Below are positions 1-9,859 of a stretch of 64,000 bases of DNA, piece by piece. The DNA is taken from the NCBI GenBank assembly GCA_963814005.1, contig CAWFBA010000003.1, forward strand, positions 640 to 64,639, read 5' to 3'. This DNA comes from an uncultured Thermoleophilaceae bacterium (GTDB lineage: Bacteria > Actinomycetota > Thermoleophilia > Solirubrobacterales > Thermoleophilaceae). A model generated the notes under the pieces. The model searched no databases and had not been told where the DNA came from. It saw only the letters and a list, made by a program, of their open reading frames with translations. The position numbers were made by a program, and so were the translations under genes. Every line of letters begins with the position of its first letter. The stretch's first letter is position 1.

Positions 1-1
1 C

Positions 2-155
2 TACACCTACCTGCCCAGCTCGGTTCAGCGCTTCCCGGGGCCCCGCGAGCTCGGCGCCGAGCTGGTGCAAGCGGGCCTGGTGGACGTGCGCTGGGTGCTC
101 ACGCGCCGGCGGCATCATCGCCATCCATGCGGGCACGGTCCCGCCTGCGCAATGA
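2..155 (+). CDS. 3' end of a UbiE/MenG-type methyltransferase, 5'-truncated by the window edge, with an apparent 1-nt frameshift near 103-108
   Basis: One frame reads YTYLPSSVQRFPGPRELGAELVQAGLVDVRWVLT. The family-typical end AGGIIAIHAGTVPPAQ* appears only after a frame change at acgCgccggc. It sits upstream of a polyprenyl synthase, as in menaquinone loci. Confidence 0.55.
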   Translation, partial: TPTCPARFSASRGPASSAPSWCKRAWWTCAGCSRAGGIIAIHAGTVPPAQ

Positions 156-185
156 GCACGGTGGCGGACCTGGCATCCGTGCTGG

Positions 186-1130
186 ATGCCGGGCGGGCCC
201 GGGCTGGCCGGCTCGCTGGCCGATACCGAGGCGCGGCTGCTGGAGATCGCGCGCGAACAGGGCCCCGAGCTCGGCGGCCACGCGACCGGGACCCTCGAGG
301 CGGGCGGCAAGCGGCTGCGGCCGGTGCTGGTGTTCCTGTGCGGGGGAACGGGCCCCGGCCTGGCGGCAGGCGCCGTGGCGGTGGAGCTGCTGCACATGGC
401 GACGCTCGTGCACGACGACGTGCTGGACGCGGCGCCGCTGCGCCGGGGGCGGCCCACGGTGTTCGCCGCCGGTGGGCGCTCGGCCGCCACCTCCACCGGC
501 GACCTGCTGTTCTCGCGCGCGTTCGCCGAGCTGGCGGGCACCGGCAGCGCCGCCGCCGTCCGCGACCTCTCGCGCGCCTCCTCGGAGCTTGCGCGCGGCG
601 AGTTGATCCAGCGGGCCGACGCCTGGTCGAGCGAGGTCACCCGCAGTCGCTACCTGCATCGGTGCGAGCTCAAGACGGCGAGCCTGTTCGCCGCCGCCTG
701 CAGCCTGGGTGCCGTGCTCGGCGAGCCGCGGCGCGACGGAGACGCCCTGGCCGGCTTCGGAAGGGGGGTGGGGCTCGCCTTCCAGATCCTCGACGACGTG
801 CTCGACGTGTCCGGCCCGAGGGAGCGGACCGGCAAGCACCGCGGCACCGACCTGCTCGACGGCACGGTCACGCTGCCGCTGATCATTGCCCGCGAGCGCG
901 ACCCGGAGCTCGCCGCGCTGGACCTGCGGGCGGCCGTTCGCGAGCCCGAGCAGGCTGAGGCGGTGTGCGACCGCATCGCGGCCACCGGAGCCCTGGACGC
1001 GGCACGGGAGGAGGCGCTGAGCCACGTGGCCGAGGCCAAGGCCACGCTGGAGGGTCTGGAAGGCCTACCGGCAAGCCGGCGCCGCGCACTGGACCTGGTT
1101 GCGCACGGCGTGGTGGAGCGCTACGCGTGA
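186..1130 (+). CDS. trans-polyprenyl diphosphate synthase (heptaprenyl/geranylgeranyl type)
   Basis: 314-aa ORF with both Asp-rich motifs (LVHDDVLD and FQILDDVLD) plus GKxxGTDL. Confidence 0.9.
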   Translation: MPGGPGLAGSLADTEARLLEIAREQGPELGGHATGTLEAGGKRLRPVLVFLCGGTGPGLAAGAVAVELLHMATLVHDDVLDAAPLRRGRPTVFAAGGRSAATSTGDLLFSRAFAELAGTGSAAAVRDLSRASSELARGELIQRADAWSSEVTRSRYLHRCELKTASLFAAACSLGAVLGEPRRDGDALAGFGRGVGLAFQILDDVLDVSGPRERTGKHRGTDLLDGTVTLPLIIARERDPELAALDLRAAVREPEQAEAVCDRIAATGALDAAREEALSHVAEAKATLEGLEGLPASRRRALDLVAHGVVERYA

Positions 1131-1141
1131 GGGCCCTGAGG

Positions 1142-1483
1142 CTAGAAGTCTTCCGGCAGGATCGCGCCGGCTTGCAGCGCCGCCGCGAAGCGGTCCGTGT
1201 CCTCGGCCATGTTGGCGCGGGCCAGGCGGCGCAGGTCGGACGTGAGCATCTCGCAGCCGGCGTCCAGCTCCTCGTCGAAGGCGTCGACGCTGTCCTGCGA
1301 GAACACGCCCTCGCGGAAGGTCTCGCACTCGGGGCAGCGCAGCGTCACGCGCCACGCCTCACCCGTGACCTCGTCCCACTCGACCGGGTAGACCAGGCTG
1401 GAGTCGCAGTGCACGCACAGGTGGAGCTCCTGCTCCTCCTCGACGATGTCCGCCGCCGGAGGCAGCTCCAGCCGGGGCCACAT
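1142..1483 (-). CDS. small zinc-ribbon-like protein (CxxC...CxxC), function unknown
   Basis: 113-aa ORF with CVHC and CPEC pairs and an acidic tail. An upstream in-phase-after-shift segment (MEREHEGSEQYVKRVVLPSGRTIDVV, ATG at 1594) may belong to it if a frameshift lies near 1480. Confidence 0.45.
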   Translation of the reverse strand: MWPRLELPPAADIVEEEQELHLCVHCDSSLVYPVEWDEVTGEAWRVTLRCPECETFREGVFSQDSVDAFDEELDAGCEMLTSDLRRLARANMAEDTDRFAAALQAGAILPEDF

Positions 1484-1667
1484 GCTCGGCGTGGCCGGGC
1501 GTGCTGTCCCTGAAGAGGACCACGTCGATGGTCCGGCCGCTGGGCAGCACCACGCGCTTCACGTACTGCTCGGAACCCTCGTGCTCCCGCTCCATACCCC
1601 CCTTGTCGGCACCCGCGCCCAGGCCTTGAGAAATCTCTCTCCGGCGCGCGAATAGACTGCGCCGGCC

Positions 1668-2246
1668 GTGGTTCTGAGCGACCGCACCATCCGGTCCGAG
1701 ATCGAGGCGGGCCGGATCGCGATCGACCCCTTCGACCCCGCGCTGATCCAGCCCGCCAGCGTCGACGTGCGCGTGGACCGGCGCTTCCGCGTCTTCCACA
1801 ACGCGCGCTACCCGTATATCGACGTGCGCCAGCCGATGGAGGACCTGACGGAGCTCGTGGAGGTCGAGGGCGGGGACCCGTTCATCCTGCACCCGGGCGA
1901 GTTCGTGCTGGGGCAGACGCTGGAGCGCGTGACGCTGCCCGACGACCTGGTGGCCCGTCTGGAGGGCAAGAGCTCGCTCGGCCGCCTGGGCCTCCTGATC
2001 CATTCCACGGCGGGCTTCGTGGACAGCGGCTTCTCGGGCAACCTCACGCTCGAGCTCTCGAACGTGGCCAACCTGCCGATCACGATCTACGAGGCCATGC
2101 CGATCGGCCAGATCTCGTTCATGCGGATGGACGGGCCTGTCGATAACCCATATGGCTCGGATCGGACCGGCAGCAAGTACCAGGGCCAGGCCGAACCGAC
2201 CCCCAGCCGCTTCTACCGGAACTTCGCGGACGGCAACGAGAACTGA
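1668..2246 (+). CDS. dcd: dCTP deaminase
   Basis: 192 aa with a typical dCTP deaminase N-terminus ([20 protein letters not shown]) and [22 protein letters not shown]. Confidence 0.92.
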   Translation: MVLSDRTIRSEIEAGRIAIDPFDPALIQPASVDVRVDRRFRVFHNARYPYIDVRQPMEDLTELVEVEGGDPFILHPGEFVLGQTLERVTLPDDLVARLEGKSSLGRLGLLIHSTAGFVDSGFSGNLTLELSNVANLPITIYEAMPIGQISFMRMDGPVDNPYGSDRTGSKYQGQAEPTPSRFYRNFADGNEN

Positions 2247-2314
2247 TCCATTGAGGCGGCGGGAGCGGAGAAGCTCCAGCGATACCATGAAACGCGCCCC
2301 GACGAGGAGTACAC

Positions 2315-2548
2315 ATGCCGAACATCGGCCCGCTTGAAATCGTGATCGTTCTAGTAATCGTGCTGGTGATCTTCGGCCCGAAGCGTCTTCCCGACCTGGG
2401 CCGCTCGCTCGGCAAGGGCATGCGCGAGTTCAAGGACTCCGTGACCGGCAAGGACGACGACCACGAGCTTCCCTCTCCCGAGGCCAAGCCAGAGCCCGTG
2501 CACGCCGAGAAGTCCGAGGCCACGCCGGCCTCCGGGCAGAGCTCCTAA
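2315..2548 (+). CDS. tatA: twin-arginine translocase subunit TatA/E
   Basis: 77 aa: N-terminal TM helix followed by FGPKRLPDLGRSLGKGMREFK. GAGGAG lies upstream of the ATG. Confidence 0.92.
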   Translation: MPNIGPLEIVIVLVIVLVIFGPKRLPDLGRSLGKGMREFKDSVTGKDDDHELPSPEAKPEPVHAEKSEATPASGQSS

Positions 2549-2586
2549 GAGCTCCGCGCCCGACGCCGTAGGGAGGCCGCGGACCG

Positions 2587-3354
2587 GTGCCGCGCATCAG
2601 GCCCATCGAGCACGAGGATCGGCTCACGCTGACCGATCACCTCGACGAGCTGCGCACGCGCATCATCATCGCGGTCTCCGCGCTGCTGGTCGCCACGGGG
2701 CTGTGCTTCACCCAGAACCACCTGATCCTCGAGATCGTGAACCGGCCGCTGCCGTCGAACCTGCCCGAGCCGATCACCTTCGGGGTCACCGAGCCCTTCA
2801 CCACCACGCTCACCAATGCGGGCTACTTCGGCCTGCTGATCTCGCTGCCGGTGATCCTCTACCAGTTCTACGCCTTCGTCCTGCCGGCGTTCAGCCCGCG
2901 GGAGCGCACGGTGGCCAAGCCACTGCTGTTCCTGGTGCCGGTGCTGTTCATCGCGGGCGTCGTCTTCTGCTACTTCGTCGTGCTGCCGCCGGCCACGGAC
3001 TTCCTGCTCTCGTTCAACAGCGACGAGTTCAACACCCAGGTACGTGCCCGTGACTACTACAGCTTCGTGATCCTCACGATGATCGCCATGGGCATCGGGT
3101 TCCAGGTGCCCGTGGCCATCCTCGCGGCGGTCAGGCTGGGCATCACCACGCCCGAGAAGCTGCGTCGCAACAGGCGCTACGCCATCCTCGTGATCGCCGT
3201 CGTGGCGGCCTTCCTCCCCACGATCGACCCGGTCACGCTGGTGCTCGAGATGATCCCGCTGATCGTGCTGTACGAGCTGAGCATCGTGCTGGCGGCCCAC
3301 CTGCTGCCGTCGGAGGCGCCGAGCGCCGAGCCCGCCGGCGCCGAGGGCGGATAG
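2587..3354 (+). CDS. tatC: twin-arginine translocase subunit TatC
   Basis: 255-aa polytopic membrane ORF directly after tatA. It has the TatC-typical N-terminus (LTDHLDELRTRII) and a six-TM pattern. Confidence 0.88.
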   Translation: MPRIRPIEHEDRLTLTDHLDELRTRIIIAVSALLVATGLCFTQNHLILEIVNRPLPSNLPEPITFGVTEPFTTTLTNAGYFGLLISLPVILYQFYAFVLPAFSPRERTVAKPLLFLVPVLFIAGVVFCYFVVLPPATDFLLSFNSDEFNTQVRARDYYSFVILTMIAMGIGFQVPVAILAAVRLGITTPEKLRRNRRYAILVIAVVAAFLPTIDPVTLVLEMIPLIVLYELSIVLAAHLLPSEAPSAEPAGAEGG

Positions 3355-3384
3355 CCCGGCGCCCCCGCTACTCTCCGGCCGTCC

Positions 3385-4068
3385 ATGCTGTTCGATCTCC
3401 AGGGCAAACGCCGGCGCGTCGTGCAGGTCGTGTACCTCGGGCTGGCCATCCTGATGGGCGGCGGGCTCGTGTTCTTCGGCATCGGAGGAGACGTCTCCGG
3501 CGGCCTCTTCGACGCGTTTTCAGAGCGTGGCGGCGGGGGCGACAGCGGGAACAGCGCCATCGAGAAGCGCATCGACCGCAACGAGAAGCGCGTCAGCGCC
3601 AGCCCGCGCAACGAGGCCGCCCGCCGCGAGCTGGTGCGCGACTACTACCAGCTGGCCACGGTGCAGACCTCCGACCAGGACACCTCGTTCCCCGCGGAGG
3701 CGCGGGACGAGCTGCGCAAGGCGGCTGAGAACTGGCAGGCCTACCTGGCGCTGGAGCCGGACCGGGTGGACTCCTCGCTGGCGCGGGTGGCGCTGCAGAT
3801 CTTCGACCCGGCGGCGCTCAACCGGCCCAAGGCGGCCCAGGAGGCCGCGAGGGTGATCGCGGAGTCCGAGAACAACAGCGCTGGCTACCTGGCCCTGGTC
3901 CAGTACGCGACGCTCGCGCGCGACACGCGCACGGCCGACCTGGCGGGCCAGAAGGCGGTGGATCTGGCGCCGCAGGCCGAGCGCAAGGAGGTCCAGGCAC
4001 AGGTCAAGCAGCTCAAGACGCCGCCGCAGTCGCAAGGCGCCGCCCAGGGCGCCACCACCCAGCCCTAG
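3385..4068 (+). CDS. membrane-anchored hypothetical protein (one N-terminal TM helix, helical repeat-like C-terminal part)
   Basis: 227-aa ORF with coding-like composition and a TM segment VVYLGLAILMGGGLVFFGI. No family recognised. Confidence 0.55.
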   Translation: MLFDLQGKRRRVVQVVYLGLAILMGGGLVFFGIGGDVSGGLFDAFSERGGGGDSGNSAIEKRIDRNEKRVSASPRNEAARRELVRDYYQLATVQTSDQDTSFPAEARDELRKAAENWQAYLALEPDRVDSSLARVALQIFDPAALNRPKAAQEAARVIAESENNSAGYLALVQYATLARDTRTADLAGQKAVDLAPQAERKEVQAQVKQLKTPPQSQGAAQGATTQP

Positions 4069-4124
4069 CGCGGCGCTACAGTTTCGCCGCAGGGAAGCGG
4101 AGAGACACCGAGAACAGGAGAAGC

Positions 4125-4478
4125 GTGAACTTCCACATCAAGGACGAGGAGATCGACCCCAAGACGCACGTGATCGAGCTCGGCGGGGAGATCGACCTTT
4201 ACACCGCGCCGGAGTTCAAGGAGCGGATGGTCGAGTTGATCGAGCAGGGCAAGGAGCGGATCGTGGTCGACCTCTCCGATGCCACGTTCATCGACTCCAC
4301 GACGCTCGGCGTGCTGGTGGGCGGCGTCAAGCGCCTGCGCCCCGCCGGGGGAGCGCTGGCACTGGTCTGCACCGACCAGAACATCACGAAGATCTTCGAG
4401 ATCACGGGCCTGGACCGGGTGTTCCCGATCCACGCCACGCGCGACGACGCGCTCGAGTCGCTGAACTCGCCGGCCTAG
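4125..4478 (+). CDS. STAS-domain anti-sigma-factor antagonist (SpoIIAA/RsbV-like)
   Basis: 117 aa with LSDATFIDSTTLGVLVGG...ITKIFEITGLDRVF. GTG start preceded by caGGAGaag. Confidence 0.85.
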   Translation: MNFHIKDEEIDPKTHVIELGGEIDLYTAPEFKERMVELIEQGKERIVVDLSDATFIDSTTLGVLVGGVKRLRPAGGALALVCTDQNITKIFEITGLDRVFPIHATRDDALESLNSPA

Positions 4479-4490
4479 GGGGCCGGCCGC

Positions 4491-4955
4491 TCAGTCCGGC
4501 TGGGCCGTCATCGCCCACACCGCGACGAGATACGCGCCCAGCAGGACAACGCTCAGCGACCCGACGATCTGCCCGAATCGTACGCCGGTGCCGTTGCGCA
4601 GCTTGCGCAACCCGATCACGGACAGCACGACGGAGATCAGGATGAACAGGGCGCCGGCGTCGGCGGTGATGTAGCCGACGATCAGCCACGCGGGGTCGAA
4701 GTCGTCGGGGTAGTCCTCCTTGGCCTCCAGCCACTGGGCGCCGACGCGCATCACGACGTAGGCGGGCAGGACGCCCATCAGCAGGGTGCGCAGGGCGAAC
4801 CGGGAGAGACCCACGGCGTCGTCGGACCGGCGCCAGCCGATGACCGTGACCAGCGCGATCGCGAGCAGCGCGCCCACGAGCAGCGCGGCCCCGAGCACGT
4901 GCACGAACAGGGGCAGGTTGATCTCGTCGGGACGGATGGCGGCGAGCACCGTCAT
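4491..4955 (-). CDS. integral membrane protein, unknown function
   Basis: 154-aa ORF with about 4 TM segments. Its start overlaps the stop of the upstream gene by 4 nt (ATGA), suggesting an operon with 4952..5371. Confidence 0.6.
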   Translation of the reverse strand: MTVLAAIRPDEINLPLFVHVLGAALLVGALLAIALVTVIGWRRSDDAVGLSRFALRTLLMGVLPAYVVMRVGAQWLEAKEDYPDDFDPAWLIVGYITADAGALFILISVVLSVIGLRKLRNGTGVRFGQIVGSLSVVLLGAYLVAVWAMTAQPD

Positions 4956-5371
4956 GCCCCCGGCTTCCAGATCATGAGCGCGAGGATGACCAGTACGGCC
5001 ACGCTGTTGATCGCCTGGTAGCGGATGCCCGCGCTGCGGCCCGCGACCGGGTCCTCCTCGAAGGCCTTTCCAGCGAGCCCGCCGGCCCAGCCGCCGACGG
5101 CCCAGAGGACCAGCGAGATCAGGATCCAGGCGTCCCAGAGCTCATAGCCGTCGAGGTCGATCGCCAGCCAGATCCCGAACAGCAGCGTCACGACCATCCC
5201 AGCGCCCACCAGAGGCCCCCCGACCTGCCCGAACTGCTGCACCGATTCGGGCGCCAGGAGCGACCGCCCCGGTCGCGTGCCCAGCACGAGCGCCCACAGC
5301 GCCGTGAGCGCGCCGATCGTGACGAACGCGCCCAGCACGTGCAGGAAGATGAGCCAGTCGTACCGAGTCAT
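4952..5371 (-). CDS. integral membrane protein, unknown function
   Basis: 139-aa ORF with 4 predicted TM helices, translationally coupled to 4491..4955. Confidence 0.6.
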   Translation of the reverse strand: MTRYDWLIFLHVLGAFVTIGALTALWALVLGTRPGRSLLAPESVQQFGQVGGPLVGAGMVVTLLFGIWLAIDLDGYELWDAWILISLVLWAVGGWAGGLAGKAFEEDPVAGRSAGIRYQAINSVAVLVILALMIWKPGA

Positions 5372-5444
5372 GCGCGGCGAGAGACTACCTGCTGGGGCGG
5401 CGAGCTGCTCTTGGAATCCACCTGTTTGCAGGTGCTTTCAGCGA

Positions 5445-5517
5445 TGGGCCGTGAAGGACTCGAACCTTCAACCTTGAGATTAAGAGTCTCCTGCTCTGCC
5501 AGTTGAGCTAACGGCCC
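5445..5517 (-). tRNA. tRNA-Lys (anticodon CTT)
   Basis: Reverse complement folds as GGGCCGT/ACGGCCC acceptor stem, GCTC..GAGC D arm, anticodon loop CT-CTT-AA, and GAAGG-TTCGAGT-CCTTC T arm. CCA is not encoded. Confidence 0.9.
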
Positions 5518-5581
5518 CGGCGATGCAACGGGCCCGCACCGAGCGCGGACCCGGAGGCGATTGTAGATGCTCGCCGCCCGG

Positions 5582-6933
5582 TCAGCCTGCCGCGGCGGCG
5601 GTGTCCGGCGCGACGCCGGCCGGCTCGGTGACCGCCGTGCGGGGCACCACGCTCGCCCCGCGCGCCGGTACCAGCGTGATGGCCCGCCTGGTCACCCGCT
5701 CGCCCCCGTCATCGGCGGGCGCCAGCTCCACGGAGCTCGCGATCGCCTGCATGATCTGGCGCATCTCGAACAGCGCGAAGCTGGCACCGATGCAGCGGCG
5801 CACGCCGCCGCCGAAGGGAATCCACGTGTAGGTGCCGGGCGGGTGCTCCAGGAAGCGCTCAGGACGGAACGCTCGCGGCTCGGGGTAGACGTCTGGGCGG
5901 CGGTGGATCAGGTGGATGCACGGCGCAAGGGTGGCCCCGGCCGGCAGTGGATAGCCGCCGATCTCCATCGGCTCCTGCAGCATCGGGCCACGATCGGCAG
6001 CACCGGGCGCAGCCGCAGGGTCTCCTTGGCCACGGCGTCCGCGTACTCGTCGCCGCCCTCGCGTGCCTCGGTGCGCAGCCGTTCGAGCTTGTCGGGGTGG
6101 CGCACCAATCGCTCGAACGCCCACGCGAGCGAGGTGGCCGTGGTCTCGTGCCCCGCCAGCAAGAGCGTCATTAGCTCGTCGCGCAACTCGCGGTCGCCCA
6201 TCGGCTCACCGCTGTCGTGGCGGGCCAGAAGCAGCATGGAGAGGATGTCCTCGCGAGCCTCTAGGTCCGGTGCGCCGCGGCGGGCGCGGATGTGCTCCAG
6301 CAGCGGCCTGTCCACGGGTGCCAACTCGTGCCGGAGCAGGTTGAGCCGGCTGACGCGCTGCGGGCCGAGAAGAGCTGCCACGGCCATCGTGCTCGTGCGG
6401 GTGGTGACCTTGGTCAGGCGCTCGAGCGCCGCGCGCAGCTCGTCGAGCCGCCGCCCCTCGTCGATGCCGAACACCGCCCTCATGATCACCTCGAGCGTTA
6501 TGGCCTGCATCCGCGGCAGGAGCTGGAGCGGCTCGCCGACGGGCCAGCCTTTGACCTCTCGCTCCGCGATCTCGCGCATGAGCTCGCCGTAACGCTGCAT
6601 GCGCTCGCCGTGGAAGGGCGGGAGCAGCAGCTTGCGCTGGGCCAGGTGGCGCTCGTCATCGAGCAGGAGCACGGAGTGATGGCCGAGGACGGGGAGCAGG
6701 ATCACGTTGCCCTCGCCGGCGTGCAGCAACCGGGGGTCGCCTGTGAACACCTGCCGCACCAGGTCGGGGTGCGCGAGGAAGACCCAGGAGCCTTCCTGCG
6801 CAATCCTCAACGTGAAGATGTCCCCGTAGCGCTCCTGGCAGCGCTCCATGAAGGGCATCGGGCGGGTCGCCCAGCCCAGCGTCTGGAGTGCGCGCGGATA
6901 GCGAGGGCCGGGTGGGAGGGCGGTCGCCGGCAT
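5582..6933 (-). CDS. cytochrome P450; one apparent frameshift near 5984
   Basis: The 341-aa N-terminal ORF (AGHETT I-helix, ETLRLRP K-helix) continues in another frame into the 180-aa ORF carrying the heme loop FGGGVRRCIGASFA. Total length is not a multiple of 3. Confidence 0.88.
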
Positions 6934-6980
6934 GGGTGGTCACAGCCTAAAGGCAGGCGGCGGCTGATATAGAGGGGCGC

Positions 6981-7790
6981 GTGCCCAGCGAGCTCGCAAG
7001 CCTCGACGGCGTGGTGGCGCCGGCCGGCGAGACCTCGATACCCGTGGTCGACGAGGGGCTCCTTCGCGGCGATGGCGCGTTCGAGGTCGTGCGCGTCTAC
7101 GGCGGCGTGCCCTTCCTGCTGGGCGAGCACCTCGACCGGATCGCGCTTTCGGCTGGCAATCTCCGCCTCGACGAAGTCCCGCGCGAGGAGATCGAGGGCG
7201 AGGCGGCCGACCTGCTCGAGCGCCGCGGGGGCGAGGCCTTTGACGGCTGCCTCCGCATCGTCCTCACGCGCGGAGGGCGGCGGCTGCTGATCACGGAGCC
7301 GTTGCCCGCCCCGCCCGAGCGGCTGCGGGTGGCCTTCGTTACCTACGCGCCCACGCGCGTCCTCGACGGCGTCAAGTCGCTCTCGTACGCGGCCAACATG
7401 CTGTGCAGCCGCATCGCCCGCGAGCGGGGCTTCGACGAGGCTCTGCTGGTCACGCCCCACGGGCGCGTCCTCGAGGCGCCCACCTCGTCGCTGTTCTGGG
7501 TCGACGCGGCCGGCGCGCTGTGCACGCCGCCGCTGGAGGACCACATCCTGGCCTCCATCACCCGGGCGCACCTCCTCGACCTGGTGCAGGTGGAGGAGCG
7601 TTCGGTGACCACCGACGAGCTGCTCGAGGCCCAGGAGGCCTTCATCGCCTCGACGACGCGCGAGGTGCACTCGATCTCCGCCATCGAGGGGCGCGAGTTC
7701 CCGGAGACGGGGGAGGTCACCCGCAAGGCCGCGGCGGCGTTCCGGGCCTACGTGGACGAAGAGCTCCGGGCCGCGCGCAGCCAGGGGTAG
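6981..7790 (+). CDS. class IV aminotransferase (branched-chain aminotransferase / aminodeoxychorismate lyase family)
   Basis: 269 aa with GLLRGDGAFEVVRVYGG.PF.L..HLDR and the family-typical C-terminal half. Confidence 0.8.
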   Translation: MPSELASLDGVVAPAGETSIPVVDEGLLRGDGAFEVVRVYGGVPFLLGEHLDRIALSAGNLRLDEVPREEIEGEAADLLERRGGEAFDGCLRIVLTRGGRRLLITEPLPAPPERLRVAFVTYAPTRVLDGVKSLSYAANMLCSRIARERGFDEALLVTPHGRVLEAPTSSLFWVDAAGALCTPPLEDHILASITRAHLLDLVQVEERSVTTDELLEAQEAFIASTTREVHSISAIEGREFPETGEVTRKAAAAFRAYVDEELRAARSQG

Positions 7791-8704
7791 TCGGGCAGCG
7801 CATCGGCTGCTTGCCGCACGGCGGCAAGCAGGGCCTTGGTCGACGGGCGTTTGGCGTCGGCGGCGCGGGTGGCGGCGAAGATTGCGCGCGACACGGGCGC
7901 CTCGGCGATCCTGCGCGTGGCCACCCGCCGGCGGTGGCCGACCAGCGGCAGCGCGGGGAGCATCGTGACCGCCAGCCCTCGCTCCACCAGCTGCAGGCTG
8001 ATCACCGAGTCGTTTGCCCAGTGGCGAACGTCCGGGTCAAAGCCCCCGAGGGCGCGGCAGGTCCGGCGCGCCATCTCCTCCCAGCCCATCCCGGGGTGTC
8101 CGGACGCCCACGGGTCGCCGGAGAGCTCGGCGAGCGGCACGGCTTCCCCATGACGCCGCGCGGCCGGATGGCGCGCGGGCAGCACCAGCTGCACGGGATC
8201 GCTGAACAGCTCGTGGCGGACGACGCCGTCGGGCATCCTGCGCGGCTGGTGCTGCCATTCGTCGCCCAGCACCAGGTCCACGTCGCCCAGCGCCAGTGCT
8301 GGCAGCGCCTGCTCGGGCTCGGCCTCGACCAGCTCGCAGCGTAGGCGTGGCGCCCCGCGGCTCAGCGCCTGGATCGCCGGGATGACCAGGCGCTGCGCGA
8401 CCGACTGGAAGCCAGCGACCCGGCCGCGCCCGGTCACCTCACCCGAGGCAGCGGCCAGGTCGGCATCCGCCAGCGCAGCCCGTTCGAGCAGCGCGCCGGC
8501 ATGCTCCACCAGCGTGAGCGCCGCATCCGTCAGGCGCACCCCGCGCCCCGCGCGCTCCAGCAGCGGCACGCCGGCCTCGCGCTCCAGCACGGCCAGCTGC
8601 TGTGACACCGCCGACGGCGTGAACTGCAGCGCGTCGGCCACGGCGGCGATGGTGCCGCGCTCGTGAAGCTCACGCAGCAGGCGGAGGCGGCGCAGGTCCA
8701 GCAC
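7748..8704 (-). CDS. LysR-family transcriptional regulator
   Basis: 318 aa. N-terminal HTH LRLLRELHERGTIAAVADALQFTPSAVSQQLAVLEREAGVPLLER. Divergent from an EamA transporter gene. Confidence 0.9.
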   Translation of the reverse strand: MLDLRRLRLLRELHERGTIAAVADALQFTPSAVSQQLAVLEREAGVPLLERAGRGVRLTDAALTLVEHAGALLERAALADADLAAASGEVTGRGRVAGFQSVAQRLVIPAIQALSRGAPRLRCELVEAEPEQALPALALGDVDLVLGDEWQHQPRRMPDGVVRHELFSDPVQLVLPARHPAARRHGEAVPLAELSGDPWASGHPGMGWEEMARRTCRALGGFDPDVRHWANDSVISLQLVERGLAVTMLPALPLVGHRRRVATRRIAEAPVSRAIFAATRAADAKRPSTKALLAAVRQAADALPDYPWLRAARSSSST

Positions 8705-8770
8705 AGTGAAGCGATGCTAATGCAAACAGCTTAGAAATCAGAATTGCTCCTGCGGTTTCCATCCGACAGG

Positions 8771-9712
8771 ATGCCTGGCGTGATCTCTCGCGGCGCCCTT
8801 CTCTGCCTCGCCTCCGCCGCCGGCTTCGGCGCCATGGCCGTGTTCGGGAAGCTCTCCTATGCGGAGGGGGCCACGGTGGGCACGCTCCTGACCGTCCGCT
8901 TCGCGCTGGCAGCCGTGGTCTTCTGGGCGCTCGCGCTCATGAGCGGGGCGATCGGCCGCCTGCGCTCGCTGGGCCGCCGGGACATTGCCACCGCCCTGGT
9001 GCTGGGAGCCATTGGCTACGCGGCCCAGGCGGGCGCCTTCTTCACGGCCCTCGAGCGGATCGACGCGTCGCTGCTGTCGCTGCTGCTCTACACCTTCCCG
9101 GTGATGGTCATGGTGGCCGCGATCGCCCTTGGTCGCGAGCGCGCCGACCGGCGACGGGTGACCGCCCTGGGCCTGACCTCAGCCGGGCTGGTGCTCGTGG
9201 TGGGCGGCGCAGGCTCGGGCTCGCTGGACCCGCTGGGCGTCGCGCTGGCCCTGGCCGCGGCGGTGATCTACAGCGCCTACATCCTCGGCGGCGAGGGCGT
9301 GGCGCAGCGAGTGCCCGCAATCCTGCTGTCGGCGATCGTGTGCAGCGCCGCCGCCGCCACGCTCGCCGGCGGCTCGGCGCTGCTGGGGGAGCTGCGCCCG
9401 GCGGAGGTCACCCCGGCCGGCTGGGGGTGGATGGCGTGCATAGCGGCGGTCTCGACCGTCGCCGCGGTGGGCCTCTTCTTCGCGGGCCTCCGGCTCGTCG
9501 GACCCAGCACCGCCGCGATCCTGTCGACCCTGGAGCCCGTGGTCACGGTGGTGCTGGCGTTCCTGGTCTTCGGCGAGCGGCTGGGGCCGCTCCAGATGGC
9601 GGGCGGCGCGCTGGTGCTCGGCGGCGTCCTGGTGCTCAACGCGCGCCTGGCGGGGCGGTCGCGGACCGCCACCCACACGGCGGCACCTGAGCCGAGCCCC
9701 GTCAGCGCCTAG
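8771..9712 (+). CDS. EamA/DMT-family transporter
   Basis: 10-TM-like ORF with two EamA-type halves. ATG at 8771 is preferred over the TTG at 8744; the start is uncertain. Confidence 0.8.
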   Translation: MPGVISRGALLCLASAAGFGAMAVFGKLSYAEGATVGTLLTVRFALAAVVFWALALMSGAIGRLRSLGRRDIATALVLGAIGYAAQAGAFFTALERIDASLLSLLLYTFPVMVMVAAIALGRERADRRRVTALGLTSAGLVLVVGGAGSGSLDPLGVALALAAAVIYSAYILGGEGVAQRVPAILLSAIVCSAAAATLAGGSALLGELRPAEVTPAGWGWMACIAAVSTVAAVGLFFAGLRLVGPSTAAILSTLEPVVTVVLAFLVFGERLGPLQMAGGALVLGGVLVLNARLAGRSRTATHTAAPEPSPVSA

Positions 9713-9859
9713 TCGCGGCCCTCGCGCTCGACCGCCTCCTCCTCACGCGCGGTTCCGTCCACCTGGTAGCGCACGTACCAGGCGGCGTGGCGGGCCACGT
9801 CGCGCACCACGGCGATCACGCCGACGGCCCCGCCCAATAGCTTCTTGCCCACGCCCACC

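Noticed and set aside
65-1025. Long overlapping ORFs on both strands and in off-frames. Examples: 65..958, 99..1025, 1359..2288, 10692..12107, 12014..12892, 15352..17175, 15762..17648, 21277..22866, 30546..31970, 40569..41906, 43382..45286.
   Set aside because: They overlap genes with clear family signatures and translate to Arg/Pro/Gly/Ala-rich low-complexity strings. They are the expected stop-codon-poor shadow ORFs of ~70% GC DNA.
5372-5581. Island or integration signature at tRNA-Lys(CTT).
   Set aside because: I could not spot a duplicated tRNA segment, integrase or composition change next to it. The flanking genes look like ordinary chromosomal genes.
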